A stretch of 63,949 nucleotides of DNA, the filler included, from Raillietiella orientalis (taxonomy: Eukaryota): NCBI GenBank assembly GCA_036172245.1. It is 7 parts of 7 records of this genome, joined end to end, with 100 filler letters (N's around TTAATTAATTAA, not from the genome) between each part and the next. Parts side by side here need not be neighbours in the genome. Positions count along the whole stretch, not along the records: positions 1 to 9,594 come from JAYWIR010000278.1; positions 9,695 to 19,256 come from JAYWIR010000279.1; 5 more parts are not named here. One strand, given 5' to 3'. Shown here one piece after another: positions 1 to 12,010 of this stretch (position 1 is the stretch's first letter; each line of letters opens with the position of its first letter). A program made the translations under genes and the position numbers. The notes beneath the pieces were generated by a model, which saw nothing but the letters and a program-made list of their open reading frames with translations, had not been told where the DNA came from and did no database searches.

Positions 1-1495
1 TGTGAAGTCGTTCGTGATGGCAGTTGGTGCGGCGTGGGCTGGGCAGCAGGACTGGGTCCGCTTGGGGATCCCCACGGCGAGGTGCTTGAAGTACCTTGGT
101 GTGCCGTTGGGGGAATACTCCCCTGCGGAAGCGTGATCTGGCTGCCTCCAAAAAGTGGAAACGGCGATCGGCCCGTTCTTGGAAGACAAGTTTCTCCTTC
201 CGGAACGGGCCGCGGTATGGAACGCGTTCGCGGCTCCTATCCTCCGCCCCCTGCTTTTTGTTTGCCCCGTCCCCAGAGAGTTGAAAAAACGGACAAAGGA
301 CCTCCTGAGAATTGCCCTTTGGGGAAGAGGGAGGCCCCGAGTCCCGTTGAAGGACTTGTGTGCTCCGCGTCGGGATGGCGGTCTCGGCCTCTTGACGATG
401 GAGCGAGTAGAGATTCAGCTGTGGTGGCGAACCCTCGCCATCGCAGCGAAGTTATGGAGCACTTCTTGGTGCGTTCCGGCCCGACTTCTTGCCAGCCGTG
501 TATCCGGAACGGAGGGTCTCGCGTCCTATCTTCTGTGCCGTGGCAGGAAGATCAAGAGATGCGGACTTCTCCTGGGACGCATGGCAACTCTGGCTAAGGA
601 AAACGGCTGGATGGTATGCAGCCCCGCCAACTCCTCCGCATGGCTGGAGGAGACAGCTGGCACGTGGGCGAAGATTAATGAAAAAAATGAAGAGATATGG
701 AACTGCCTGCGACGCGGCGCCTTTTCCCGCTGCACTCTGCGGAAGATACTCCAGTTTCCCGCGAGAAGCACGTGGGCAGAGACAACCCCCCTAGCCACGG
801 CGATGCCCTTCCTGAGGAGGGCGCTCTCCAGCAGCCGCAAGCCTAGGTGGCAAGTCTCCTGCCGCATCGCAGGCAAGGAGAAGTTGATCAGCGGCTGGTC
901 CACGGGTGAACTGGCGGACGCCAGTACCCCTAGTGTCCAGCCGAGAGGACTGCAGAGATGGGGCGAGCTACTCGGCATCCAGCCGGATGACCTGAAGTGG
1001 CTCCCGGTATTAATTGGATCTAGGATCCTCCCCCTGAAGTGGCAGGAGTCGGCGCTTCTGTTGTTCCATTGGGGTCTACCCTGCAACGCACGCCGCCACC
1101 ACTGGACCAGGGGTCGAGTAGATCCTACCTGCATTAGGTGTGGGGAACGGGAAACCCTCCCCCACCTCCTTGTTGATTGTGCTGCCATCCGACCCCTGTG
1201 GGAACGTCTTCGTGCCTCCCTACGGATCCAGGAGGGCAGCCAGCCCAGAGACGTTTTTCGGCTTCTGTTCCTGCATGATGCCCTGCGTCCAGCCGCTGCC
1301 CTGGCTGCACTTTGCTGCGTACGCGGGATTGTGACGTGCTGGAGCAACGTCGGAAGACCGAATCACGACAGGGATGCCGTCGTACTTGCAGTCCGCTACC
1401 TGCGGATTGTGACCAGATGGCCCCACCTGGGTATTATACGGACGGACCTCGAGGGCATCCTGCGAAGGATGGACCCTCCTCCCAGTGGTCAGTGA
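1..1495 (+). CDS. ORF2 C-terminal region (post-RT domain and zinc knuckle), 5' partial, one in-frame stop near 135
   Basis: ORF 155..1495 (446 aa) with L1-type GGLG and CCHC motifs. Confidence 0.85.
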
Positions 1496-1702
1496 TCCCT
1501 CCCCAACCCTCTCAAATCTTTTTGTTTTTATGTTTTATTTTTCTTCTTGTTTTTTCCCCCACCCCCTTCCGCTGCCGAGGAGAGTCGCGCCGGTCTGCGT
1601 ACCGGCGACCCGGCAGGTCCAGTTGAGTTGGCCGTAGTGGGGCCTCGTACCACGAACCAAAGAGAATTTTAAATAAACGCCCCGGCGTGACCGGGTGGCA
1701 AC
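1..1702 (+). mobile_element. E1: 3' part of L1/Tx1-clade non-LTR retrotransposon (family A): ORF2 C-terminus plus 3'UTR
   Basis: KYLGV (RT end), PRRDGGLGL, C-terminal CxxC...HxxxxC knuckle (CIRCGERETLPHLLVDC), stop at 1495, pyrimidine-rich UTR, AATAAA + terminal hairpin ending GGTGGCAAC; nearly identical to the 3' part of E14. Confidence 0.92.
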
Positions 1703-1716
1703 TATCAACTTGGCGT

Positions 1717-4586
1717 GTTTTTTCCGCGCTTCTCTGCGCCTGTTGTAAAGCCTTTCGTTGCAATAGTGTTAGTCTGTGGTGCATCTGCGGTATCTTATGG
1801 CAGAAATGCCTGTGGACACCGCGATGGAAGTCGGCGGGGAAGAGCATTGTTCCTCTCCCCAACCCATTGAGGTGAGGGCAACTGCCCCCACGGAGGTGAG
1901 GGCAACCGCTTCCTTGAAAATGGGGGCAATCGCCCCTTCGAAAACAAGTGCTATCGCCACCTTGAAAAAGGAAGCAACCGCCCTCGTGGAAAATGCAGCA
2001 ACCGCACCCTTGAAAAAGGGAGCAACCGCGTCTTTGGATCCGTCTGCTCCAGCCACCAGGACCTCGAGCTCCGTAGCTGCAGCGTCATCTTCTGCAGCCT
2101 TAGCAGAACAGCGCGCCTATCTTGAACAAGGATACAAGCCGTCCTTGATTTACAAGGTAGGAAATTTGTTTGTGGGAAACACCGCTCGTAACTTTGAAAG
2201 AGAGTTACAGCGGTTGGATGTAAAAGAGAAAGAATTGGAAGGTGTCTCCGTGATAAGTGGAGGCCAGCGGGTGGAGCTGAATTGCAAAAATGCAAGTCTG
2301 GCTCAGCGCCTGCTAAAACACTCCCATCACTCTGGAAGGCCGAAAGGTCTCTACCGTAACGGAATCCGCTCCATTGTTGCACATCTTACCGGAGTAACTC
2401 TTCGCATGACCAAAGCTGGCGTGCAGGGAGAGTTGAAAAAACATGGTACGGTGCACGCGCTCTGGACCAAGCCCAACGTCTTCCTAACATACGGAAGACT
2501 GTTCAGTGGCATGGCTGCAGCGCGTGTGACGGTCCACGAAAACGGTGGGCTGCCCCACAAACTCGACGTCGGCAACGAGATCGTCGACGTCTGCTACGTG
2601 GGCAAGTCCAAGTACTGTGGGCACTGTGATGCAACAGGGCACCTGAAAAAACGGCGCCCTCACATCCAGTGTTTCCATTGCGGGGAGAAGGGCCACCTCC
2701 GAAAAGTGTGCCCAAAGCGGGATCCTCCAGTGCCCTCTGCCTTGAAAAAAGGTAAGGGGAAACGCTTGGAGAAAACAAGCAAGATAAAAAAAGCAAAGGA
2801 AAGGCCAAGCAAAAAGCAAGAGTCCGAATGCTCCCAGCAAACGCTAGTCGAGAAAACTCCCGACGACGCTGGTGACAAGGAGGACTGGCGAACAGCGAAG
2901 CCGAAAAGTGAAAAAATCCGTTAAACCGCGGCACATCCGTAAACCGAACCTACAGCGGAATCCGCGAGAACTTCTTTGAATAGAAGGCAACGCCGCGCTT
3001 TGCTCCGCGAATGTTCGGTCGCTTTGAAGCGCGTGGAGATCCCCGAGACCTCCACCGGGGTAGATATCCCCCGCCTCGTTGGCGACGAAGCCGCGATCGA
3101 GGAAGGCGAACCCTCTGTGCAAACAGAGGGGGAGCCGAGCCACGCGCTCGCCGCAATCGAGGACGCCGCCTTCCAGCAGGCGGCGGAAGAGCTCGCGGCC
3201 GAACTCGCGGACCGTGAGAACCGCGGGCGAAAGGCCTTGCAAAGGCCGGCCGCCACCAGGGCACCTCCGACAGGTGACCACGAACCGGATGCCGGAAGTG
3301 TGTCCTCCTCCGCGAAGGCGCCTCGAAGGAAGACTGGACGGAAGTTCAAAAATCCGAAGAGGCGCATCCCGACCAAGAATGAGGGGAACGCACCGGCACC
3401 CGAGGGGGAAGCCGGCAGCGTGGGAACGTAGTTATTGATTTTCCCACCCTCCGCTACCAAGCAGCTGGCGACCCCCATGGAGGAGGGGGATAAGGTAAGG
3501 GATTGCCGCCCCCTCCCAACGGTGGAGCCTGGTCACTAGATAGCCATGAAGGAGGGGGAGCAGACAGCTGACAGGCGCTCCCCCTGACGTTCAGCGCAGC
3601 CGACGAATCGGCCCAAATGGAAGAAGGGGAGCAGGTGCGTGACACCCGCTCCCTTCAACCGTTGCGGTCCGCCGAGGAATCGGCCCCCATGGAGGAGGGA
3701 GAATCGTTGCGCGGTGATCGCGTTCCTTCATCCGTGCCGCCCGACCAGGTGGCGGGAGCCCCTATGCCACTTCCCTAGGAATAACACCTGGGCTCTCCTG
3801 TCGCCCTTGATTACGCGTGGCCTGCTGGAACGTCAACGGTCTGCGCGACGACGGCAACAGACGGCACACGGCCGCCACCCTGCGTGACTTCGACCTGGCG
3901 CTCCTGCAGGAGATCCGCGTGATCACCGCGGAGAACGCCCAGGAGATCGAAAGGATCGCAGGTGGGCGGCTCGTGTGGCAATGCGGCACCCGATACACCT
4001 GCGGCGTCGCGTTTCTTATGAAGCCGACAGTCGACGCAGCCGTGAAGGGCGTGCGCTTTGACGAAGCCGGTCGTGTCGGCTCGCTGATTCTGTGGTGGTC
4101 CGACACGATCGACCTCGTCGTAACAAACGTGTACGCTCCGAGCGGTCCTTCCAGGTACCAGGAACGTAAGGCGTTCCTGGAAACCCTGAAGCGCGACTGG
4201 CTGGTGGAAGCGAACGTGCGAATGGCTCACCTGATAGCGGGAGACTTTAATCTCTGCCTGCTATCAGGTGAGCCACACGCACAGGAACGGACGGCTAACG
4301 AGTTGTGCGCCGCCATGCACACGCGCAACTTGTTAAGATATCTTTCGGAAATGGTCAGAAGCATCGACCACGTCTTCCTGGATATCGAACTGTGTTCCCG
4401 GTTCGGCAAACGGGAAAAAGTTGCGTCGGAGCTGTCTGACCATTACCGGTTGATATTCGAGGTGTGCCCGCGCGAGAAAGGCCCTCCATCCAGAGAGTGG
4501 CGTCTGCCTGGGGACTGAACGCGACTCTCAGGTGCGAAGGAACACCTTCGCGAATTCCTGAGAGGCGTCACCCTCCGCAATCTCGC
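1717..4586 (+). mobile_element. E2: family A element, 5'UTR, frameshifted ORF1 (ATG 1797) and ORF2 APE endonuclease, interrupted at ~4587
   Basis: ORF1 CGHCDATGHLKKR and CFHCGEKGHLRKVC gag knuckles; EN motifs WNVNGL, LQEI, NVYAP, GDFN, IDH, SDH. Confidence 0.9.
1878..2045 (+). repeat. 24-bp (8-aa ATAPLKKG-like) coding repeat in family A ORF1; counterpart at ~36155-36360
   Basis: ATAPTEVR ATASLKMG AIAPSKTS AIATLKKE ATALVENA ATAPLKKG ATASLDPS. Confidence 0.75.
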
Positions 4587-4913
4587 TTGAAACCCGGGTG
4601 CGCCAGGACGTTTATTCTCACGAATAAACCTATACAATCTGTGACTGGACCAGTAGTCCAGCCACGCCCTGGAAAGATATAGCTTGCCTGGCTACCGGTG
4701 CGCAGACCGGTGCGGTCGACCTCGGCAGCAGAGGGGAGGGGGAACGAAACAGAAAGAAAACAAAAAAATAAACAAAAATCGGGGAGGGAGCGGGAAGGGA
4801 TCACAGTCTGCTGGAAGGGTCCGTCACCCTCTGGAGGATGCCGGCAAGCTGTTGCTGCGTGTGTGGTTCCAGATGGGGCCGTCGCGTCGCCATCCTGAGG
4901 AAACGGGCGGCAT
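4587..4913 (-). mobile_element. E3: 3' end of L1/Tx1 element (ORF2 last ~40 aa plus 3'UTR), antisense within E2
   Basis: minus strand reads ATRRPHL...AGILQRVTDP then stop, structured UTR, AATAAACGTCCTGGCGCACCCGGGT. Confidence 0.85.
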
Positions 4914-5457
4914 GCCCTGCCGTCCGGATTCTTTGGGATCGTCTTAAAATTGCCCTTGGGATAGCGGATGGTGGCAAAGTTGGATGTGTTTACAGTCTTG
5001 TCTTCGTGCTGGACGCCCTCAGTCCATTTGCAGCCCTGGCAGCACTTTGCTGCATTCGTGGTATTCTGGCGGCCTGGAGTGATGCCGTAGATGAAGACTG
5101 CATCGTGAGCGACGTCATCGAGTATGCTTCTCGCTTCCTGCAGAGCGCTACCCGATGGCCCCATCTAGGAAAATTTAAAATGGAACTAGAAGGCATCCTG
5201 CGAAGGATGGGCCCTCCCAGCAGTTTTCTGTGATCCCTTCCCGGCCCTCCAAACTCCTTTTGTTGTTTGTTTTTCTCTTTATATTTTATTTTTGTTTTCT
5301 CCCCCATCCCCCTCAACTGCCGAGGATAGCTACACCGGGCTGCGTCCCGGTGTCCCGGCAGTTCCAGTATTGCGTGGCCATCAGTGGGGCCTTGTACCAC
5401 GTTCTGTATTGACTGTTGAAATGTTTTTAATAAACGTCTTGGCGTATCCGGGTGGCA
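4912..5457 (+). mobile_element. E4: 5'-truncated L1/Tx1 element (ORF2 end plus 3'UTR)
   Basis: LAALCCIRGI...TRWPHLG...EGILRRM then stop at 5233; AATAAACGTCTTGGCGTATCCGGGTGGCA. Confidence 0.87.
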
Positions 5458-8400
5458 TCGCCCGCTCCCCGACGAATCAGGTCGAAGAAATCTTCGACAC
5501 TGGACGCCGGGGTAGACATGGGGAGCAGAAGAAGCAGGTCATCTGCACAGGCAGCCACGGCAGGCGTTCCCGGGCCAGAGCTAGGCAGGTATTCCAGCGT
5601 CAGCCTGTACCCTCTCAGCACCAACTCAAAGAAGATGCTGAAGAGCAACGGGCTTAAACTGTCACCCTGCCTGATGCCTTTGCGCACGGGAATACCGTAT
5701 ACGTGGCAGCCGCTAAAACAAATGCAAGTTAGCGCGTGGCGCCAGCATGCGCGCAAGTACTTGAGGAGTTGAGCCGGGAGACCCAGGCGTTCCAAGAGCT
5801 CCAATAGGAGTGCTTGGTTCACGCAATCGAACGCCTTGTGGAGGTCGACTGCGACCGCCAAGGCACCCAGCGTACCCTCTTGCCGCTTCTGTCGATACCG
5901 TGTGCCTTTAGCAGTGGCATTTGTCACGGATCGACTTTGCCGCGCTACGCGCTCCTGCAGCTGCATCCAGGTGCGTGCAAACAGGAGGTTGGCGTCCATG
6001 GATCTCCCGGGAACAGCGTAAGTCTGCTCCGGGCTTACCAAGGACGGCGCGATTCTCCCTAGACGCGCAACCCACATCTTGGAGAACAACTAGACGTCCG
6101 AGTTCACCAAAGTGACCGGACGCCAGTTGTTTAAATGGCGTGCGTCTCCACCTTTCGGAAGGAGACGCACCCTCGCTGAGCGGAAGGAGTTGGGGACATC
6201 CCCCGAAACCCTCATCAGCGACGAGAGGCGATGCACCAGGGGGACGAGCTCCCCCGCGAAGCTCTGATAAAACTCCGCAGGCAGCTCATCCTCGCCTGGC
6301 GCTTTTCGTCTCTTGAGCTTCGCTATTGCGGAGGAAATTTCCTCCTCTGTGAAGGACTCGTCGAGACGTGAGCGTAACTCTTCGCTAACTACGGCAGCAG
6401 CCTGGGAATGCAATATCTCCCAAAAGATAATTTCCGTTGGTGCTTTCGCGTATAGCGAGGAGTAATAATTTTGTATTATGCGGCGAATACCGGCTGGTGC
6501 CAAGCATTCCAGGCCTCTTTCATCGAGCAGGGAAGATGCTCCTGACTGCCAGACCTGGCGCTCGGCTCTCGCCCTGTATTCCGCAAGCCGGCTGACATCC
6601 GCGCGTCTCGAAAAGGTGCGCGCCTGCAGGAAAGTCCTGCTGTTGGTCACCCCTTCTCCAAAGCCTCGCGGAAGCCGGTGCAAGGGAAACCGTTCACAGA
6701 ACTCGCGGACTGAACTCTTTAAATGATCCCAGTCCGCGAGTTCGCGGATGACGAAGGTCCGGAGGTGCTGACGGAGATGATCCGCCGCCTTCGAATGGCT
6801 AAGCCAATCCGCCGGCATCCTCCAGTTCTTTAACGGAGGCCCCTTGCCTGGCGGAAGGAGCTCGAACTTCAACCTGTGATGATCAGAAAGTGCAGACGAC
6901 AATCTTCCTCTTCTCCCCACACGAGGGTGCTGGTTGTCATCGTGGAAGATGTGATCCGGTGACCTTTCCATCTCAGGTACGCCGACCATCAAATTGAGAG
7001 CGCGTACTGACGCGCACATGTCGATGGCCGACGTTCGCTCCCTCGGGCAGCTCCATTCGTCGGAGTGCAGGTAGACGTTGAAGTCCCCTGCGACGAGGTG
7101 CGCCACTTGGGAGCCGGAGTTCTTGAGCCAGTGGCATTTCACTTCCTCGAAGAGCGCAATTCTTTCTTCGAAGTAGCGAGAGCCACTCGGAGCGTAGATG
7201 TTCGTTACGACAAGATCGATGGACTCGGACCACTTGACAACAAGTTGGCCCACGCGTCCGTCGTCGTCGAAACCAACACTAGTACCGCTTCCGCCATTTT
7301 TCCTCTTACGAGGAACGCGACACAGCACGTGTGTGGGTCGCCGCACCCCCAAAGTAGCGTTCCGCCTGCATGCCCCTCGATTTCGGCTGCCTGCTCGTCG
7401 GAGATTACGTGAATCTTCTGCAGGAGCATGAGGTCGAAGGGGCGCAGGGCGTTCGTTACTAAGCGCCTCTTCTCGTCATTCTGCAGTCCGTTCACGTTTC
7501 AAGACGTAACGCAGAGACGACGAGAAGACGCGATTCCACGCATTAATGCTGGGAAGATGGCGGCATTTTGCCCTCTTTACCCGGCGAGCGGACGGTGAGC
7601 AGCACTACTGACAGGACATCACGGTCGCCACCGTCCTCCTTGGTGCACGAAATCGAGTGCTCATTTCCGCGTAACGTCGTTTGACGCTCCGGGATGAGCT
7701 CTCGCTCCTTCGCGGCCTGCGCTGCGCGCCTCAGGGCCTTAGCACGTCGCGCTACGGCTTCCGCGCGTGTGATCCGACGTGCGTCGGTGATCTCAGACTC
7801 CGTTTGGGAGTCTGATTGAAGCGCAGGCGCTTTGCGACTCCCCTGCTCTGTCGGTTTGGAGGTGCTCACGAATGGGACCGCGGACACTTCCTTTTTCGCG
7901 ATCACCGGAACATCGTCCCTGGCGATCGCAACTTTCGCGCCATTCGCTACCGCCGCGGTAGCCTTTGCAGCGGCAGAGGGAACCTTCGCGCGAGTCTTCT
8001 GCATCGCGCGACTGTTCTTTGCCTTGGAGAGGCTCTTGGAACTAGGTTGCGGAGAAGTTTTGGGAGATTTTACTTTTCTCCCTTTCACCGCAACCGTCCA
8101 CCCACCGTCCGTTCGTTCGGAGCGCTCCTCGACTTTCGTGAGGGACGCCTTCGAACGTTCCTCCCCAACCGCCTTGGGCGCAGCTTTCTCTGCACTCTGA
8201 AAAGGCGGAGAAAGCGCGGCCTCCGCGGCTGTCGGGAGATTGCTCCGCGCCTGTCTTGTTGGGGAGGATACAGCTGGCTGCTGCGTGTTTTGAGGCAACG
8301 CAACGCTGCTTTCGTTGGCTTTTTTCGACGGACCTGCAGACGCCTTCGTGAGGTTTCCGACTGAAGCCTCCGAAATGGACAGAGCGCTCAAGGAGACGGT

Positions 8401-9585
8401 TACCACGCAATTTCCTTTCGCGTGTCCTCCTTTCGCCTTGTCGCACGGAGCGACTGGTTTTACTGATCCCATTTCGCGAGTAGCGTTTCCGCGATCAGCT
8501 ACTGGGACAGTAACGGTACGCGCGGAGCCCTCTCGCCCTTTTTTAAATGGCTTCCCTGCCGCGCGATTGCCCTTTTGGGGCTTTGATGCTGAGGGAGCCA
8601 ACTTTGAGACCGCGCTCGGACCTTTTTTATCTTCGGCATTTCGTGAGCCTCCCTGTTTTTTTTTTTTTTATGATGCTGTTTTCTCCTATGCGCACTCTTT
8701 GGCACGCCGGAGTCTAGCAGCCTCCTTTTTTTTCTTTATGTCAGGACACTTTCTAATTTCGTGCCCGGACTCCTTACAGTAGCGGCACTTCGAAGAAGGG
8801 CATTCTTTACCCCGATGCCCTTCTTTGCCGCATTGCTCGCACGCGCGAGCTTTGCTTACAAACCACATGTGAACGACCGTGCCGTTGACCTGTAGCGTGG
8901 CAGGCAGCGTGCGGCGGTTAGGAAAGGTTACCCTAACCGCAGCAAATCCTGTGTGTACAAAAGGGAATTTCCTGTAGGAACTCTCCTTCCTCCACACCGC
9001 ATGAACGGTTGCGAATTTCGCCAACGCGTCCATCAACTGTTTGTCGTTGATCTCCGGCACTACGTCCGAGAGAACAACGACAAAAGACTAGTCCATCGCG
9101 GAAGGAAAAACTTTCTTTCCGCGGATGGACAAAGGAGTGCGGAGGAGCCTCTGCAGAAGTGCAGCCTGCTTGCATCGGACCTTCACATAGCTCAATGCTG
9201 GAACAGCCATGAGTGCTATGAGGTCCTCTTCTCGCACTCCCACACGGTAGAGTTCGTCCGCGAACTCCACCCCAGCCTTACCTACCCCACTTACGTTATA
9301 GCGGAGAGCAGGCTTGTAGCCCTTGGCTACATAGGATTGCATCTACGCCTGGTCGGGAGGCATCCTTGTACGGCTGCAGATGCAGCCAGGTCTGCAAAGC
9401 TCCTGGCCGATGGCGCAAGGCTCGCACACGTTGTCGCCATCACTCCAGCTGCGGGCAGTTCCTGAACCACAGGCTCGAGGTCTTCCACGTTGCGTTGTTC
9501 ACTGCTCATCCTTAGGGATGTGCAGTGGGATGCACAAACAGAACCAAACAGCGGAACCACGGAGCGAAACGAAATCACGTCCGAC
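5458..9585 (-). mobile_element. E5: L1/Tx1 element from 5'UTR through ORF1, EN and RT, decayed, interrupted just after the (C)ADD motif; E3 may be its distal end
   Basis: CEQCGKEGHRGKEC and CRYCKESGHEIRKC knuckles; EN GDFN/SDH; RT NWRPVTL, DLHKAFD, GIRQGDSLSP, CADD; 5' CGGACGTG motif at ~9583. Confidence 0.9.
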
Positions 9586-9594
9586 TCGTATGAA

Positions 9595-9694
9595 NNNNNN
9601 NNNNNNNNNNNNNNNNNNNNNNNNNNNNNNNNNNNNNNTTAATTAATTAANNNNNNNNNNNNNNNNNNNNNNNNNNNNNNNNNNNNNNNNNNNN
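9595..9694. other. artificial contig linker
   Basis: 44 N + TTAATTAATTAA (stops in all six frames) + 44 N. Confidence 0.99.
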
Positions 9695-12010
9695 ATCAGG
9701 TGAGCCTTTCGCACATTGGTATCCGCCAGCCAGTCGCGCTTCAAAGTTTCGAGCAGCCTGGTGCGGTCGCGGTAACCCTGTTTGTCGCTGGGGCCATAAA
9801 CGTTTGTGACGGAGGTGCGTTTGTGCAGGTGTTGCGGAGGTTGCATCGCCAATACAGCCGACCCCCCGCGTCCGCCTCGATCTCCTGGGCGTCTGCCGCG
9901 GTGATCACGTGGATCTCCTGCAGCAGCGCCAGGTCGAGCTCACGCAGGGTGTCGGCTGTATCTCGCCTGTTGCCGTTGTCGCGCAGCCCGTTGACGTTCC
10001 AACAGGCCGCGCGAATCCGACGGCGACTGGCGAGCCCAGGTGTTAGTCCTGGGAAAATCGCGATGCGGCGTCCGCCACCTGCTGGGGCGGGACGCTAGTT
10101 GGAGGGGGAGGTGGAACAGGTACTGACGGCACCTGTTCCTCCTCCTCCATCGGTGCCGGCGCGTCGGCCGGATCACCCGCAGGTGGAGTCGCGCCTACAT
10201 GTTCGCCTTTCTCTATGGGTTCGGGCTGCTCAGGTTTCGCGACTGCAGAGAGGACTTCACCCCCCTGCTATCCCTCCTCCATGGGGGTGGCCGACTCGAC
10301 GGCTTCCGGGCGTGGGTATTCCCCCTCCGGGATTCCCACTGTGCCGCTTCCTTCCGGTTTCTCCTCCTCGTTGGTGAAGGGGAGGCGCCTCTTGGGTTTC
10401 TGGGACTTGCGTCTCGACTTCCTGGGGGGTGCCTCCGAGGAGGAGAATCCGCTTTCGGCCCCCAGGCTGCACTCACCTGCGGGGGCCTTCTTCGTCGGAG
10501 CCGACCTGCGTACGCCCTTGCGCGACGTGGTTTCGCGCTAGGCGAGCGTTGCTGCGAGCTCCTCCGCCGGTTTGTCGAAGGCCGCGACTTCGCCAGCGGC
10601 GACCGTTGCCGCGTTCTGCTCCGCGACCTTATCGAGAGCGGAGTCATCGCTGACGGCGAACGTTGCCGCGGGCTCCTCCGCGACTTTATTTCGCGCGCCT
10701 TCCTGGCTGTCGGCGCGCGAGACTCGCGTCTCACCCTCTAAACGTAGAATGGGCTCGTCCACGCGAGTATTCACCGCGTCCGCATCAGCTGTTCCGCGAA
10801 CATTGCCGCGGGCGGACTCGGCAGGAACGGCTAAGCGTTCGAGTGCCACCGAGCATTCGCGGAGCTGCTTTTTTTTTGAAAGCGGCGCGGCTTTTTCCTT
10901 GTTATCGGCAGTTTTCTTCTCCGACATTTCTTCTGGCATTAATTTCTTTTTTTTTTCTCTTTTGGCCTGAACCAGCTGCCAATTCTTCTCCATTTATGCG
11001 TTCACGGGAGCTCTTTCCTCCGACGTCTGTACGGGAGGAAGGGAGGCTGGCAGTTGGGAACGGCCATTTTCGCGAGCTGGTCTTTCTACCAGCTTTCCAC
11101 GTTTTCCCTGCGCCTTTTTGGCGGCAGGGGGCACCGGGGTGGGGCGCTTGGGGCACACGCGCCGAACGTGACCCTTTTCGCCGCATAGGTGGCACACAAT
11201 GTTCGGGCACCTTTTTCGTAGATGATCTACTGCATTGCATAAGCCACAAAATTGGCGTTTCCCCACGTACCAGAAGTCCACCGCTACTTGGCAGACCTCC
11301 AGCTTGTGGGGAAGCGCACCACCCTCGTTTACTGTGATACGCGCCGCAGCTTGACCTCCGAAAAGGCTATTGTAACCTTGGAAAATCGTGGACTTCGGCC
11401 ACAACGCGTGCACTTCTCCGTGCTTTTGTAGCAGTTCTCGAACCGCTGACCTCGTCTTGCGACTGGAGATCCCAGTGAGATGGACCACCACCGAGCGGTC
11501 CATCGTTATCGGCAAGATCTTCCGACCATCAACGATCAGCAGGTCGGTGATCAGGTGTCGGGCCAAGGTGGTATCCTTGCTTACGACCTCGACCCGCTGC
11601 CCACCGCTGAGGACGCAGAGGCCGTCGAGATCTTTTTCGAAAATATTGGCGTTCTGCAGCGCCTTCGTAAAGGCGCGTGCTGTTCGCCCATCGAAAAGGT
11701 TGCCTACCTTGTAGACTAGCGAGGGTTTATACCCCGCTTTCTTGTAGGCTTCCATCTCGGCCATGGCTTCCACGCTAGGCGCGGCCACCATGGCGGTCCA
11801 TGACCTCGGCGTCGCCGGGGACGATTCCGGGGCGGATGCCCCTGATCCAGTAGGCTGTGGGGACGAACAAGCCTCCATCACGCCTACTACCATCGCGGTG
11901 TCCTCTGGCAACGCTGCCATCGGACACCGACGATGTGCACGCACAAATCACTCAAGAAGAAAAAACACTCGCCTTGCCACGCAGGGGGAGCGCAGGAAAA
12001 GCACGTCCGC
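9695..12010 (-). mobile_element. E6: family A-related element, 5'UTR, ORF1 (ATG 11920) and start of EN
   Basis: ORF1 CGLCNAVDHLRKRC/CHLCGEKGHVRRVC homologous to E2; 5' end GCGGACGTG at 12010. Confidence 0.88.

Noticed and set aside
1560..1660. HDV-like or hammerhead ribozyme in the 3'UTR
   Set aside because: I could not map the required core nucleotides or double pseudoknot; it is reported only as conserved structure.
9595..9694. TTAATTAATTAA motif inside N runs, repeated six times, and any linkage across it
   Set aside because: Artificial concatenation linker. The retroelements, mtDNA and satellites are not physically adjacent and may not come from one organism.
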